Origin: Bacillota bacterium
GTDB taxonomy: Bacteria; Bacillota; UBA4882; UBA10575
Reading direction: 5' to 3'
Assembly: GCA_012837715.1 (NCBI GenBank)
Contig: DUQR01000035.1
Coordinates: 10,301 to 74,300, forward strand
DNA length: 64,000 bases
A program made the position numbers and the translations under genes. The notes beneath the pieces are model-generated. The model ran no database searches. It saw nothing but the letters and a program-made list of their open reading frames with translations, and had not been told where the DNA came from. Positions 1 through 9,244 of the stretch are shown piece by piece (within the stretch, counting starts at the first letter, position 1; each line of letters opens with the position of its first letter).

Positions 1-1
1 T

Positions 2-2296
2 TTGGTGCTAGTGGAGGCTGGCTACCGGGTACCGGCCGATTTGCGTCTCGTGGAGGGTAACAGCTTGGAAGTGGACGAGTCACCGTTGACCGGCGAATCC
101 ATACCCGTCCCCAAAGAACAGAAAGCAATTGCCACTTCCTCCTTGGAACTTGGTGACCGTAAAAACATGCTTTTTGCCGGTACTACGATTACCAGGGGAC
201 GGGGGAGGGGAGTAGTAGTAGCAACCGGTATGGATACGGAGTTGGGAAAAATTGCCGGCATGTTAGCCAAAAGCGAAGCCGGGCCCACACCACTCCAGCA
301 ACGTTTGGATCATTTGGGCAAAATTTTGGTCTTTATCTGTGTGGGAATTTGTCTTGTGGTTGCCATCAGCGGATTGGCCCGTGGCGAGAATTTCCGATTA
401 ATGTTTCTCTCGGCTGTAAGCTTAGCCGTGGCGGCAATCCCGGAAGGTTTGCCGGCTATTGTGACCATCGCTTTAGCGTTAGGGGTCCAAAGGATGATTA
501 AGCGGTCGGTCATCATCCGGCGGTTGCCGGCGGTGGAAACTTTAGGTTGCGCCACGGTAATCTGCTCGGACAAAACCGGAACTTTAACCCAAAACCAAAT
601 GATGGTAACGGCTTGTTATTTCAGCGGTGAGCACCTGGAGGTTACCGGGAACGGCTTTAACCCTAGTGGTCAATTTTTTTGGCGCGGAAATAAAATCCCA
701 CCACTGGCTGGGGGAAGCGGTTTTCCCGATCATCAAGGTTTAAAAATGCTCTTTTCTGCCGGTTTTTATTGTAATAACGCGGATCTACGGTTGGAAGATC
801 AAACCCAACAATGGCGACTGACCGGCGACCCAACCGAAGGGGCTCTGCTGGCCTTAGGTTTAAAGGCCGGTTTAGAAAGGGGAAGGGTAAAACGGCTCGC
901 CGAAATAGATTTCACCTCCGAACGGAAACGAATGGCAGTATTGGTCGAGGAAGAGGGGAGACGCATCCTTTATCTGAAAGGAGCGGCCGATGTGCTTTTG
1001 GAACGTTCAACCAAAATTCGCTGGGCGGGGCAAGAGCTTCCTCTGCAAACCCGGGAGCAACAAAAGGTGACCCGGGCCATGGAAGCGATGGCGCGCCGTT
1101 CTTTACGGGTTTTAGCCCTCGCTTACCGGCCGATGACGCCGACCAGCAGGATTGTCCGGGAAGAAGACGAAGAAGATTTGGTCTTTCTGGGCTTAGTCGG
1201 GATCAAAGACCCGGTACGGCCGGGAGTTAAAGAAGCGATTAGTCTTTGTCGTCGGGCTGGAATCAGAACAGTGATGATTACCGGTGATTTTCCTGTAACC
1301 GCCCGGGCAATTGGGGAGGAATTGGGTTTACTCCGCCCCGATGGTTTAGTGCTGACCGGGAAAGAACTTGATACTTTATCCCAAGCCCAACTGAAGAAGA
1401 TCATTGACAAAGTGGATATTTATGCCCGCGTTAATCCCTATCATAAACTAACCATCGTTAAAGCCCTAAAAGAACAGGGAGAAGTGGTGGCTATGACCGG
1501 CGACGGTGTGAATGATGCGCCGGCGGTTAAAGAAGCCGACATCGGGGTAGCGATGGGAATTATGGGCACCGATGTAACCAAAGAGGCTTCGGCCATGATT
1601 ATTACTGATGATAATTTCGCTAGTATCGTAGCAGCAATCGAGGAAGGACGGGGGATCTATAGTAATATTAGAAAATTCATCCGTTATTTGTTAGGCTGCA
1701 ATATAGGGGAGATTTTTACCATGTTTATGGCCATCGTTACCGGTAGTCCCTTTCCCCTTTTGCCCATCCAGATTCTTTGGATTAATTTAGTGACCGACGG
1801 TTTACCGGCGATCGCCCTTGGGGTTGAACCGGTGGAACAGGAGTTAATGCACGAGCCTCCCCGTCCGCCGCAAGAAGGAATTTTCAGCCGTGGTTTGGGC
1901 TATAAAGTACTGATTCAAGGGGTAAGTATCGGCTTGATTACCTTGGGGGTTTTTATCTTTGCCTTAAAAACCGGGGCGAACTTAGTAACCGCCCGAACCA
2001 TGGCTTTTTCGACCTTGGTTTTTTCGCAATTAAGTTATGTTTTTGCTTGTCGCTCGGAGACGCAGCCTTTAGTCAAAATGCGATTAACCGCTAACCCTTA
2101 TCTCCTGGGCGCGGTGGCTGTTTCCGGAATGATGCAATTTATGGTTGTTTCAAACCCCTTCGCTCGCAAACTCTTCCAAACAACAGCCTTATCACTTAGG
2201 GCTTGGGGGATTGTTTTCTTTGGAGCAATCTGTTCGGTGTTGGTTGCCGAGAACGTCTCCTGGATTGGGCGTTTTCTGAAAAGAAAACTATCCTAA
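2..2296 (+). CDS. P-type cation-transporting ATPase (Ca2+/SERCA-like P2A type), 5' end cut by window edge
   Basis: ORF is open to the window start. It carries the phosphorylation motif CSDKTGTLT, the hinge motif TGDGVNDAPA, the TM4 motif PEGLP, and multiple C-terminal TM helices. Confidence 0.9.
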   Translation: MVLVEAGYRVPADLRLVEGNSLEVDESPLTGESIPVPKEQKAIATSSLELGDRKNMLFAGTTITRGRGRGVVVATGMDTELGKIAGMLAKSEAGPTPLQQRLDHLGKILVFICVGICLVVAISGLARGENFRLMFLSAVSLAVAAIPEGLPAIVTIALALGVQRMIKRSVIIRRLPAVETLGCATVICSDKTGTLTQNQMMVTACYFSGEHLEVTGNGFNPSGQFFWRGNKIPPLAGGSGFPDHQGLKMLFSAGFYCNNADLRLEDQTQQWRLTGDPTEGALLALGLKAGLERGRVKRLAEIDFTSERKRMAVLVEEEGRRILYLKGAADVLLERSTKIRWAGQELPLQTREQQKVTRAMEAMARRSLRVLALAYRPMTPTSRIVREEDEEDLVFLGLVGIKDPVRPGVKEAISLCRRAGIRTVMITGDFPVTARAIGEELGLLRPDGLVLTGKELDTLSQAQLKKIIDKVDIYARVNPYHKLTIVKALKEQGEVVAMTGDGVNDAPAVKEADIGVAMGIMGTDVTKEASAMIITDDNFASIVAAIEEGRGIYSNIRKFIRYLLGCNIGEIFTMFMAIVTGSPFPLLPIQILWINLVTDGLPAIALGVEPVEQELMHEPPRPPQEGIFSRGLGYKVLIQGVSIGLITLGVFIFALKTGANLVTARTMAFSTLVFSQLSYVFACRSETQPLVKMRLTANPYLLGAVAVSGMMQFMVVSNPFARKLFQTTALSLRAWGIVFFGAICSVLVAENVSWIGRFLKRKLS

Positions 2297-2357
2297 AGCA
2301 TAGATTATCGGCTCAATGTGGTAAACTATTCCCAAGTTACAAAGAGGTGGAATTGTT

Positions 2358-3047
2358 TTGTCCACATTGATCCCGCTCTTGGTCCTCTTAGCACTGGGCC
2401 TTTTTCCCGTTCAGTTTCATCTTCATTATCACCGTCAAGGGAAAGCCGATCATTTCTTCCTTGAGCTTCGCATTCACCCCTTTTATCGCTGGCGTTACCA
2501 AATTCCTGTTCTGGAGAGGGAAGGGTTTAATACAGTCCACCAAAAAACGGTGGAATCAGTGGAGCGGATGAATGGTGAAGAGATAAAAGTTGGAGAAAGC
2601 CGAATCAGGGCCGACACTTTTCTCGCTAGTCTGGCGCAGATTGGCGGGGCAATCAAAAAATACGGCTTGGGAGGAACTTTCTTCTATTATTTTCTGCCCA
2701 AAAATTACCGCAAGTGGGTTACGGTTACGGAAAGACTGGAAAGGAAGGGTTGTTTTAAACGCTTTTTTTGGCGGACCACCTTTGGCGGTCTGGAACCAGC
2801 ACTGCTGGGTCCGACCGTTGGCCTGATTTGGAATGCGAAAGGGGTCATTGTCGGTTTCCTGACAAACGAATATCTTTTTAAGAAACTCCCCCGCATACTT
2901 GTTGTTCCCTGTTTTACGGAGCCAACTTGGGAGACCATGCTAGACTGTATATTTGAGATCAAGTTAGGACATATTATCGTTGCCGGGATCAAGGATTACC
3001 TAATCCAACTAGTAGGAGGTAAAAAGCATGCAGGGACACCCGATTGA
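2358..3047 (+). CDS. YtfI-like sporulation protein (DUF2953-like), membrane anchored
   Basis: TTG start 9 nt after AGAGGTGG. It has an N-terminal TM helix and lies immediately upstream of, and overlapping, a ytfJ-like gene, as in the Bacillus ytfI-ytfJ pair. Confidence 0.5.
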   Translation: MSTLIPLLVLLALGLFPVQFHLHYHRQGKADHFFLELRIHPFYRWRYQIPVLEREGFNTVHQKTVESVERMNGEEIKVGESRIRADTFLASLAQIGGAIKKYGLGGTFFYYFLPKNYRKWVTVTERLERKGCFKRFFWRTTFGGLEPALLGPTVGLIWNAKGVIVGFLTNEYLFKKLPRILVVPCFTEPTWETMLDCIFEIKLGHIIVAGIKDYLIQLVGGKKHAGTPD

Positions 3048-3465
3048 GGGGTTAATGAAGACAGCAATGGAGAGCATAAAAGATATGGTGGATGTCAACA
3101 CCATTCTTGGTGATCCGGTGGAAACTCCAGATGGTAGTGTGATTATCCCCGTCTCCAGAGTCTCATTCGGGTTTGCTGCCGGAGGAAGCGAATTTTCCGG
3201 ACAACAGAAAGAGGAGCGGAATTATGAAAATGGGAATCAAGGAGGGCTTCCTTTCGGTGGAGGGAGTGGAGCGGGAATCACGCTGAATCCGGTGGCGTTT
3301 TTAGTCGTCAATAAAGAACAGACCCGTCTGCTGCCAGTGGAAAGCAATATTCTCGTCGATCGGTTGCTCGATGCTGCTCCACAGATCATTGATAAAGTCC
3401 AGACGCTCATGGGGAAACCGAACACGGAAAAGAAGGTTACGGAAGAAGTAGTAATAACCCAATAG
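3028..3465 (+). CDS. ytfJ: Sporulation protein YtfJ/GerW family
   Basis: AGGAGG RBS 8 nt upstream of the ATG. Characteristic stretch GDPVETPDGSVIIPVSRVSFGFAAGGSEF plus a Gly-rich loop, about 145 aa. Confidence 0.8.
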   Translation: MQGHPIEGLMKTAMESIKDMVDVNTILGDPVETPDGSVIIPVSRVSFGFAAGGSEFSGQQKEERNYENGNQGGLPFGGGSGAGITLNPVAFLVVNKEQTRLLPVESNILVDRLLDAAPQIIDKVQTLMGKPNTEKKVTEEVVITQ

Positions 3466-3505
3466 ATCCTGTTGGCCAGGGAAACCCAGGGGGAACTACG
3501 CTCGA

Positions 3506-3952
3506 TTACTCAAAGATTAAATAACGAGGATACTGGTGAATGATCGTCTGTCCGAGCAGTAGTTTGTTGACAACAGTCTGAACCTGTTCCTTACGGAAAG
3601 GTTTAACCAAGAAATCAGAGGCCCCTGCTTTTAAGGCACGGGAGACATAAAATTTATGCTGCATTGATGAACAGATCACAATATTGACCTTTGGATCGTA
3701 GGTGAATAGTTTTTCCATCGTACTGAATCCATCCATCACTGGCATAATAAGGTCAAGAAGTACCACCTTGGGTTTGAGTTGAACATAAAGCTCTAAGGCT
3801 TCCAGACCATTTGCGGCTTGGCCAAGGATGGGGATTCCGGCGTCAGTAAGCATGGACGCCAACACTAAACGCATAATCCGTTGATCATCAACGATCAAAA
3901 CGCCGTGGCCTTTTGGTTGCCTCGTGTCGCTAATGGGTGAAATCGTACCCAT
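3506..3952 (-). CDS. Single-domain response regulator (CheY-like receiver)
   Basis: Receiver motifs VLIVDD, LLDLIMPVMDG and KP are present. I chose the start at the internal ATG (MGTISP...) because it is preceded by GGAGGG. The ORF track start at 3973 is also possible. Confidence 0.85.
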   Translation of the reverse strand: MGTISPISDTRQPKGHGVLIVDDQRIMRLVLASMLTDAGIPILGQAANGLEALELYVQLKPKVVLLDLIMPVMDGFSTMEKLFTYDPKVNIVICSSMQHKFYVSRALKAGASDFLVKPFRKEQVQTVVNKLLLGQTIIHQYPRYLIFE

Positions 3953-4013
3953 CTTATCCCTCCTCTCACTCATTTGTTTCGTAAGCGGGCGGTCATATGA
4001 AGGGGGTGATCAT

Positions 4014-4202
4014 CTGAAAACGAAAGTCGATCCCGATCTCTGTATTGCCTGCGGGTTATGTGTCAGCGCTTGTCCGGACCTTTATTCCTGGGATGACGAT
4101 GGAAAAGCCAAGGCCATTGATGGTCCGGTTCCGGAAGAGCAGGAATCCTGTGCGGAAGAAGCAGCGGAAAACTGCCCGACGGATGCCATTAGCACGGACT
4201 AG
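4014..4202 (+). CDS. Small ferredoxin (single [3Fe-4S]/[4Fe-4S] cluster type)
   Basis: Motif CIACGLCVSACP ... CP is typical of ~60-aa ferredoxins. The track ORF begins at GTG 3924 but would then overlap the divergent regulator's 5' end. A strong RBS GAAGGGGGTGA sits 5 nt upstream of an in-frame CTG at 4014. The start is uncertain; the stop is firm. Confidence 0.7.
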   Translation: MKTKVDPDLCIACGLCVSACPDLYSWDDDGKAKAIDGPVPEEQESCAEEAAENCPTDAISTD

Positions 4203-7200
4203 GCGGTCCCATCTTTAATCGAAAATAGGGAACGGAGATCAGCGGATTAGGGAAAAACGCTTGATCGCCGTTTTTTAATTTAACGACAAATCTGTATTTA
4301 AGTAGGGAAGGGGGTAACAGTTGCGCGCCGCTAAGATCAAGATCAACTCTATATTCATCATCGGCATCTCCGCGCTCCATCATTACCTGATTTGTCAAAT
4401 TTTTTTCGTTTATGTAATAAATAATAACCTTTTCCACTTCGGTGGTCGGACGGACCGTACATTTTAAGGTGATCAAATCCTCTCCATCAGCGGGGGATGG
4501 CGGAAAGTGAAACAAAGTTGGGGATAGAGCGCCGGTTTGCCGGACCGGTACGGAAAAGGGCTGATCAAAACTGCCCAAGGATCCTTCTTTACCGCGGTTG
4601 TCCAAGGCGGTTATGTAATAATTGATTAAGTGACCTTGTTCTAAATAGGCGGCCGGAATAGTGGCAAGATACCCGTTGTTACCGACCGGCGTCATAATCA
4701 ACATGTGATAACCCCGCTCATTTTCGGTCTGATAGTTTAAGATCACTTGTCCGATGGGATTAACTCCCGTGACCGAGGCACGGATCGATAATGGTTCTTC
4801 CCGAATCCAACCGTTTAAGGGGATATGTCGAATCAGTGGCGCAACCGGATGAATTGTTAACGCTGAAATAAACCAATCTTGGTCCGGTGGGCAAGAGAAA
4901 GAAAAGATTAGTTTTCCGTCGGTCACTTCAATGGTTTCCCGCAAGTCAACCCTTTTACCGGGCGAAACCACCAATTCGTCGGCAAGAATCCGATCATTAA
5001 CGGTAACGCGCATCGGCCCATGTCGACGGGCTTCCGGAGAATGATCGCTAAAGGTTAACTGGACCTGATAAGCGCCGGGATTTAGATCAACCTGGAAAGA
5101 AGCGGGCTGGCGCGACCAGATCAATTTATTCAAGAGCTGGTTTTCGTAGGGGTGAAACTGGTTAATTCCTGCCGCTTTCGCCAGGAATAGATCCCGTTCG
5201 GAAAGGCGAACGGCTGGAGCAGGAGTAGCTTGTAAATCCCTGGTATTAAGCCAGCCATAGCCGATCTCCGGATCATAGGCGGCTTGAGCATGGAGAAAAG
5301 TAAAACCCTCTTCTATATAATAATCGGGGTATATATTCTTTTCTTCCTCACCGTCGGTAGAGACCGGTTGGCCACCAAAATCAAAACCAACAAGAAAAGC
5401 CCCTCGCTTTCGGTATTCGGCCAGGAGGATTTGGAGTCTTTTTTCATCTTCCATCAGTAATAGACGGCTATCAGCCGAACGGGCGGTAAAGGGTAACCTT
5501 TCCCAGCACAAACGGGCCTCTTTCAAGAAATGTAAAGCCTTCTCCAGGCAAAAGGGATCTTTCGTCTCCATGAAGAGGGCCAGTTCCATTGCGGCCTGTA
5601 ACTTTGCACTGTGGAAGAGGGCAAAACCACCGATCATCTCTGCCTGCTCTAGAGTTTGTTTCCACTCGGTGACATATTCGTCACTGGTATACAGGGTGAG
5701 ATTCTGAAGTTCCTGTGCTTTTTGGCGGATCTCTTGGCCCAAACAGGCAAGTTCCTTTACGACAACCGGAGGGGGAATTTTGGTCGATTCAGTGCGCTCA
5801 AGGATGGTCCGGATGTACTCCCGGCAGTCGGCAAAAAGCGCCGGATCTCCACTGGGCGTCCGGAGATAAGAGGCAAGCAAGCCGCCAGTATCAAATTGCG
5901 ACCCGGGGATTGGCTTTTTATGTATGGTATGGAAGAGCGGTAAGACTTTACCGGTAAGACGGTATAATTCAGCCAGATCATTTCCTTTTTCCCCAAACCG
6001 GCGGTGAAAATCGCGGATTAAAACTTCACCGCTGGTCCCAGGGTGGTAAGCGAGACGACCACAAAGGATGTACCGGTACCAATGGCGGGCGAATTCCCAT
6101 TGCCCAAAGGGTTTACCCCCTACCGGCAATGCCGGGACAAGCTCACTTCCAGTGGAGGTGGGTGCGATTAACTGAAGACAATCGTACCCGTGGTTTTTCA
6201 AGACCGGAAGCAACTGATGAAAATAATCCGGATCCCCCCAGATCAAGGAGGCGGGTGTGGTCAGTTGATAAGCGGGAATAATTTTGGGACCATAATCGGT
6301 GAACAAATCATTTCCTTCTTCTTCAGTTCTTAAATAAGGCAGACCACAGTTACCGTCCCATCCTTCCCTTGTTAAGAAGGTGTTTACCTCGCTAACCTGA
6401 AGCAGATCAATAACGTCAGTGGTTAACTGGTTGGTGTAAAACTTCAGGGTAAGCTTGTTTCCGGTATCTAAAACCGCTTGAACAATGCTATTAAAGGCAA
6501 AATCCGGTTCTAAAGGGGCGCGTTGGAATTTAAATTCCAGTCCCTTAATTTCCGGACAAGCAAAAATTAATTGTTTCAAAGAACGGTAGAGATAAGCCCC
6601 AATATTCTCCGGATTTACCCCGGGTACCCGGAAAGGGAGGGGGGGATAGCCAGGATAATAATTCCATAAACCGAGGTGGAAATCTAATCCGGAATCGCTG
6701 GCCAGTTCGGATAATTCTTTCAAAACCTGTAAATTTCCGGCCCGAACTGCTTCGGGGAGAGGGAAAAGGTTTACTTCTGGATGTTCCGGCACGGAAAGCA
6801 GATAAGGGAAGACCGGTGTGCCGGAAGAAGAATTGAAGACTAACGTGAAACAGTTGAAACGGTTCCGAATCAGCATGGCAAAAAAGGACTGCCAGTAGTC
6901 ACGCTCAAGCGTCCATCCGTTTTTCAGGCGTTCCGAGGGGATAAAATCGAGAACTCCCCGGAGTTTAATCGCGGGCTCTTCTTGCGTGGGTTTGTATAAA
7001 GCAGGAACGGACTGGGCAGTGATGCGTTCCGTCAATTCGTAAAGAACATAGAGGAGCCCTCTGCTATCATAAGCACAGGCCCAAAGGGGGGTTTGATCCC
7101 CTATGGTTAATTCCTGAATCAGGATAGCTTCCGGAGCCGGGGTGAGGGGAACTTGTCCTTGATCAACAAGGTCTCTTAAAATCGGACTTTTTGTGTAGGT

Positions 7201-7365
7201 GCCAATGAGTAAATCTGCCTTGGGGATTTGGTCTGTATATAAGCATAAGTGGACTTTAATATTTTGTTGGCTAAAAGCATGAACCAAACAATCTAAAGCC
7301 TTTTGCGCGCTCAATTCCAAACCATTCGGATTAAGGATCCCGATTTTAATGGCCACTCGTTGCAC
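4189..7365 (-). CDS. Large (1058 aa) multidomain hypothetical protein; glycoside-hydrolase-like N-terminal/TIM-barrel region, malectin/CBM-like and Ig-like beta-sandwich C-terminal domains; no signal peptide
   Basis: Long uninterrupted ORF with a GAGAGG RBS. The domain guess comes from sequence texture only: an alpha/beta N-domain followed by AIKLRGVLDF..., the segment YQVQLTFSDHS...RVTVNDRILADELVV...GKLIFSF, and repeated beta-rich modules. Function is not established. Confidence 0.8.
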   Translation of the reverse strand: MQRVAIKIGILNPNGLELSAQKALDCLVHAFSQQNIKVHLCLYTDQIPKADLLIGTYTKSPILRDLVDQGQVPLTPAPEAILIQELTIGDQTPLWACAYDSRGLLYVLYELTERITAQSVPALYKPTQEEPAIKLRGVLDFIPSERLKNGWTLERDYWQSFFAMLIRNRFNCFTLVFNSSSGTPVFPYLLSVPEHPEVNLFPLPEAVRAGNLQVLKELSELASDSGLDFHLGLWNYYPGYPPLPFRVPGVNPENIGAYLYRSLKQLIFACPEIKGLEFKFQRAPLEPDFAFNSIVQAVLDTGNKLTLKFYTNQLTTDVIDLLQVSEVNTFLTREGWDGNCGLPYLRTEEEGNDLFTDYGPKIIPAYQLTTPASLIWGDPDYFHQLLPVLKNHGYDCLQLIAPTSTGSELVPALPVGGKPFGQWEFARHWYRYILCGRLAYHPGTSGEVLIRDFHRRFGEKGNDLAELYRLTGKVLPLFHTIHKKPIPGSQFDTGGLLASYLRTPSGDPALFADCREYIRTILERTESTKIPPPVVVKELACLGQEIRQKAQELQNLTLYTSDEYVTEWKQTLEQAEMIGGFALFHSAKLQAAMELALFMETKDPFCLEKALHFLKEARLCWERLPFTARSADSRLLLMEDEKRLQILLAEYRKRGAFLVGFDFGGQPVSTDGEEEKNIYPDYYIEEGFTFLHAQAAYDPEIGYGWLNTRDLQATPAPAVRLSERDLFLAKAAGINQFHPYENQLLNKLIWSRQPASFQVDLNPGAYQVQLTFSDHSPEARRHGPMRVTVNDRILADELVVSPGKRVDLRETIEVTDGKLIFSFSCPPDQDWFISALTIHPVAPLIRHIPLNGWIREEPLSIRASVTGVNPIGQVILNYQTENERGYHMLIMTPVGNNGYLATIPAAYLEQGHLINYYITALDNRGKEGSLGSFDQPFSVPVRQTGALSPTLFHFPPSPADGEDLITLKCTVRPTTEVEKVIIYYINEKNLTNQVMMERGDADDEYRVDLDLSGAQLLPPSLLKYRFVVKLKNGDQAFFPNPLISVPYFRLKMGPPSPC

Positions 7366-7507
7366 CTCTCAAAATAAAAGTTAAATTAAGACTAAATTCG
7401 ATTTTAACCGGTATTTTCCTCTTTAATTAGCAATTATTTGTTGTATTTAATCTTCCTGAAGGTGGCTTGTTCTAGAATGATCGAAAATTCCATATAACTG
7501 TGATAGA

Positions 7508-7595
7508 GGGCTTTTTGCGTTGTCTTTGGATTCAACCATTCCCAATATGATATTGTTATTGAAATCCTTTTTCTTGGTTGCAACACAAAAAGCTT
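7508..7595 (-). repeat. Intergenic repeat family, copy A (short form, inverted orientation)
   Basis: GGGCTTTTTGCGTTGTCTTTGGATTCAACC...GGTTGCAACACAAAAAGCTT. The terminal inverted repeat matches at 12 of 13 positions, and there is an internal hairpin GGATTCAA/TTGAAATCC. It ends about 30 nt before the spoIVFA start. Confidence 0.8.
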
Positions 7596-7624
7596 GATAT
7601 AAGGATAAAATGAGGAGAGAACCA

Positions 7625-8344
7625 ATGGAACGGAGTGAAGAAAGGGAGAACCAGTTTGAGCTGGATCTTCAAGCGCGAGAAGAACCGGTGACCGAAGATG
7701 AAGAAAAAAAAGGGCTGCCCAATAATAACTTTCCCGTTTTACAATGGGAAAGGGTACTGCTAAGACAGGTTGCTGTTTGTACGCTGATTATCCTTTTGCT
7801 TTGGCTGATTGGGAAAGTGCCCCGCTTCGGTCCAGGGCTGGTTGACCGTTTTCGTTATGTTTTGCGATATGGGGAAAGCAACCGGACGGAGGAGAAACTA
7901 ACGGCTTTTGCCCGTGATCAGTGGCAGAAGATCAAAGACGAGGTCTCTTCCTGGTTTATTACGGCCGAATTACAACCGGTATTCGCCCCCTCTAGTCGTA
8001 GCATTGAATTGACAGCCCCCATCTACTATTATGAAGAACGGGAGCTCTCTCCCCAACGGATCCGCTTTCTTCTTTCCTCCGGTTCCTCGGTTTATGCCTC
8101 CGGGTCAGGTATCATTACGGAGATTACCGGGGAAAAAGGGGGGTGGAAACTTTGTTTGGATCATGGTGAAGGGTGGTATAGCATCTATTATCCCTGTCCC
8201 CGGGTTTACGTCAAGGTTGGACAATGGGTTAAGCATGGAGAGGAAATGGCCAGCACCGGTCGGGAATTTTATTGGGAAATTACCAATAGTGGTATCCCGG
8301 TAGACCCTCGACCTTTTATTGAAGAAGCGGGTTCATGGCATTGA
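7625..8344 (+). CDS. spoIVFA: Stage IV sporulation protein FA (M23/LytM-domain regulator of SpoIVFB)
   Basis: Acidic N-terminus, one TM helix and a C-terminal degenerate M23 fold (VYASGSGIITEI...GWYSIYYPC...VKVGQWVKHGEEMA). It sits directly upstream of and overlaps spoIVFB. The start at 7625 follows AGGAGAG; 7610 is an alternative. Confidence 0.7.
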   Translation: MERSEERENQFELDLQAREEPVTEDEEKKGLPNNNFPVLQWERVLLRQVAVCTLIILLLWLIGKVPRFGPGLVDRFRYVLRYGESNRTEEKLTAFARDQWQKIKDEVSSWFITAELQPVFAPSSRSIELTAPIYYYEERELSPQRIRFLLSSGSSVYASGSGIITEITGEKGGWKLCLDHGEGWYSIYYPCPRVYVKVGQWVKHGEEMASTGREFYWEITNSGIPVDPRPFIEEAGSWH

Positions 8345-9231
8345 TGTTCAACCTTAAAATTCACCCCGCAGTCTATCTTCTTTTTTTTCTGTCCGGTTTA
8401 ACCGGGAAGTTCACTCCTGTACTCCTCTCCTTTTGCGCTGTCTTACTTCATGAAGCCGCCCATCTGGTCACCGCCCTTGGCTTTGGTTATCACACTTTAT
8501 GTATTGAACTTTTTCCCTTTGGTGGGGTCGCCCGGATGGAAGCCTCCTTGTTTAACGATCCGGTGGCCGAAGCCGTAACTGCCTTCGCCGGACCACTTGA
8601 AAGTCTCACTGTAGCTCTTCTCCTCTGGAGCTTCGTTCCCTTTCTGAAATTAACGGTGTTGGAGGATTTCGCCCGGATTAACTTAGGAATCGGTCTTTTT
8701 AATCTTCTTCCCCTTTTCCCCCTGGACGGGGGAAGAATTTTGCGCTCGCTTTTAATCCGGAAACAAGGTTATAAGCGGGCAACGCGCTTGACCCTCCGCT
8801 GGACAAGAAGGGTAATTTTTATTACGGGCCTTCCCTTGACCGCTTTAGTCTTAAAAAAGGTGGTCCCGGTTCATCTTCCTTTGCTCCTTTTTTTTCTTTT
8901 GCTCGCAACAGGTGAACAAAATCATACCTATGCTTATTTGGCCCAACACACGAAAAAAAAGGCCCGCCTCGATGAAAAAGGTCTTCTGCTCGGGAAAGTT
9001 TGGGTTGTCGAAGAAAAAAGGACAATTGGTGAGGTTCTTCCTTTTTTAACCGGTAAAAACTATCATCTCTTCTTTTTAGTTGACAAACATGGTAAAATTT
9101 TAGGTGAAGTGACCGAAGACGAAGTGGTTAACATGATAAACCGGGATAATCTGTTTAACCTAAGGATCGGAGAGCTTCGGAAAAGAAGCGGCCGCAGATT
9201 GACTCAAGCAGGAGGGAAAGAAGATCGCTAG
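8335..9231 (+). CDS. spoIVFB: Stage IV sporulation pro-sigma-K processing metalloprotease SpoIVFB (site-2 protease M50 with C-terminal CBS domain)
   Basis: HEAAH (HExxH) lies in a TM helix, NLLPLFPLDGGRIL matches the NxxPxxxLDG motif, and the C-terminal region is CBS-like. Confidence 0.85.
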   Translation: MALMFNLKIHPAVYLLFFLSGLTGKFTPVLLSFCAVLLHEAAHLVTALGFGYHTLCIELFPFGGVARMEASLFNDPVAEAVTAFAGPLESLTVALLLWSFVPFLKLTVLEDFARINLGIGLFNLLPLFPLDGGRILRSLLIRKQGYKRATRLTLRWTRRVIFITGLPLTALVLKKVVPVHLPLLLFFLLLATGEQNHTYAYLAQHTKKKARLDEKGLLLGKVWVVEEKRTIGEVLPFLTGKNYHLFFLVDKHGKILGEVTEDEVVNMINRDNLFNLRIGELRKRSGRRLTQAGGKEDR

Positions 9232-9244
9232 TTACGAAAAGATC

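Noticed and set aside
811-1230. Many ORFs in the six-frame track lie antisense or out of frame inside strongly recognisable genes. Examples are 22-288, 310-573, 811-1230, 12725-13204, 16722-17165, 17883-18290, 21286-21609, 50764-51135, 55797-56309 and 63272-63700.
   Set aside because: They are fully embedded in genes with clear family motifs, have no RBS, and show low-complexity or Arg/Ser/Pro-rich translation typical of shadow ORFs in moderately GC-rich DNA.
7434-7625. 63-aa minus-strand ORF in the spoIVFA upstream region.
   Set aside because: It is mostly a translation of repeat copy A and its flanks, has no RBS, and the same sequence occurs untranslated elsewhere.
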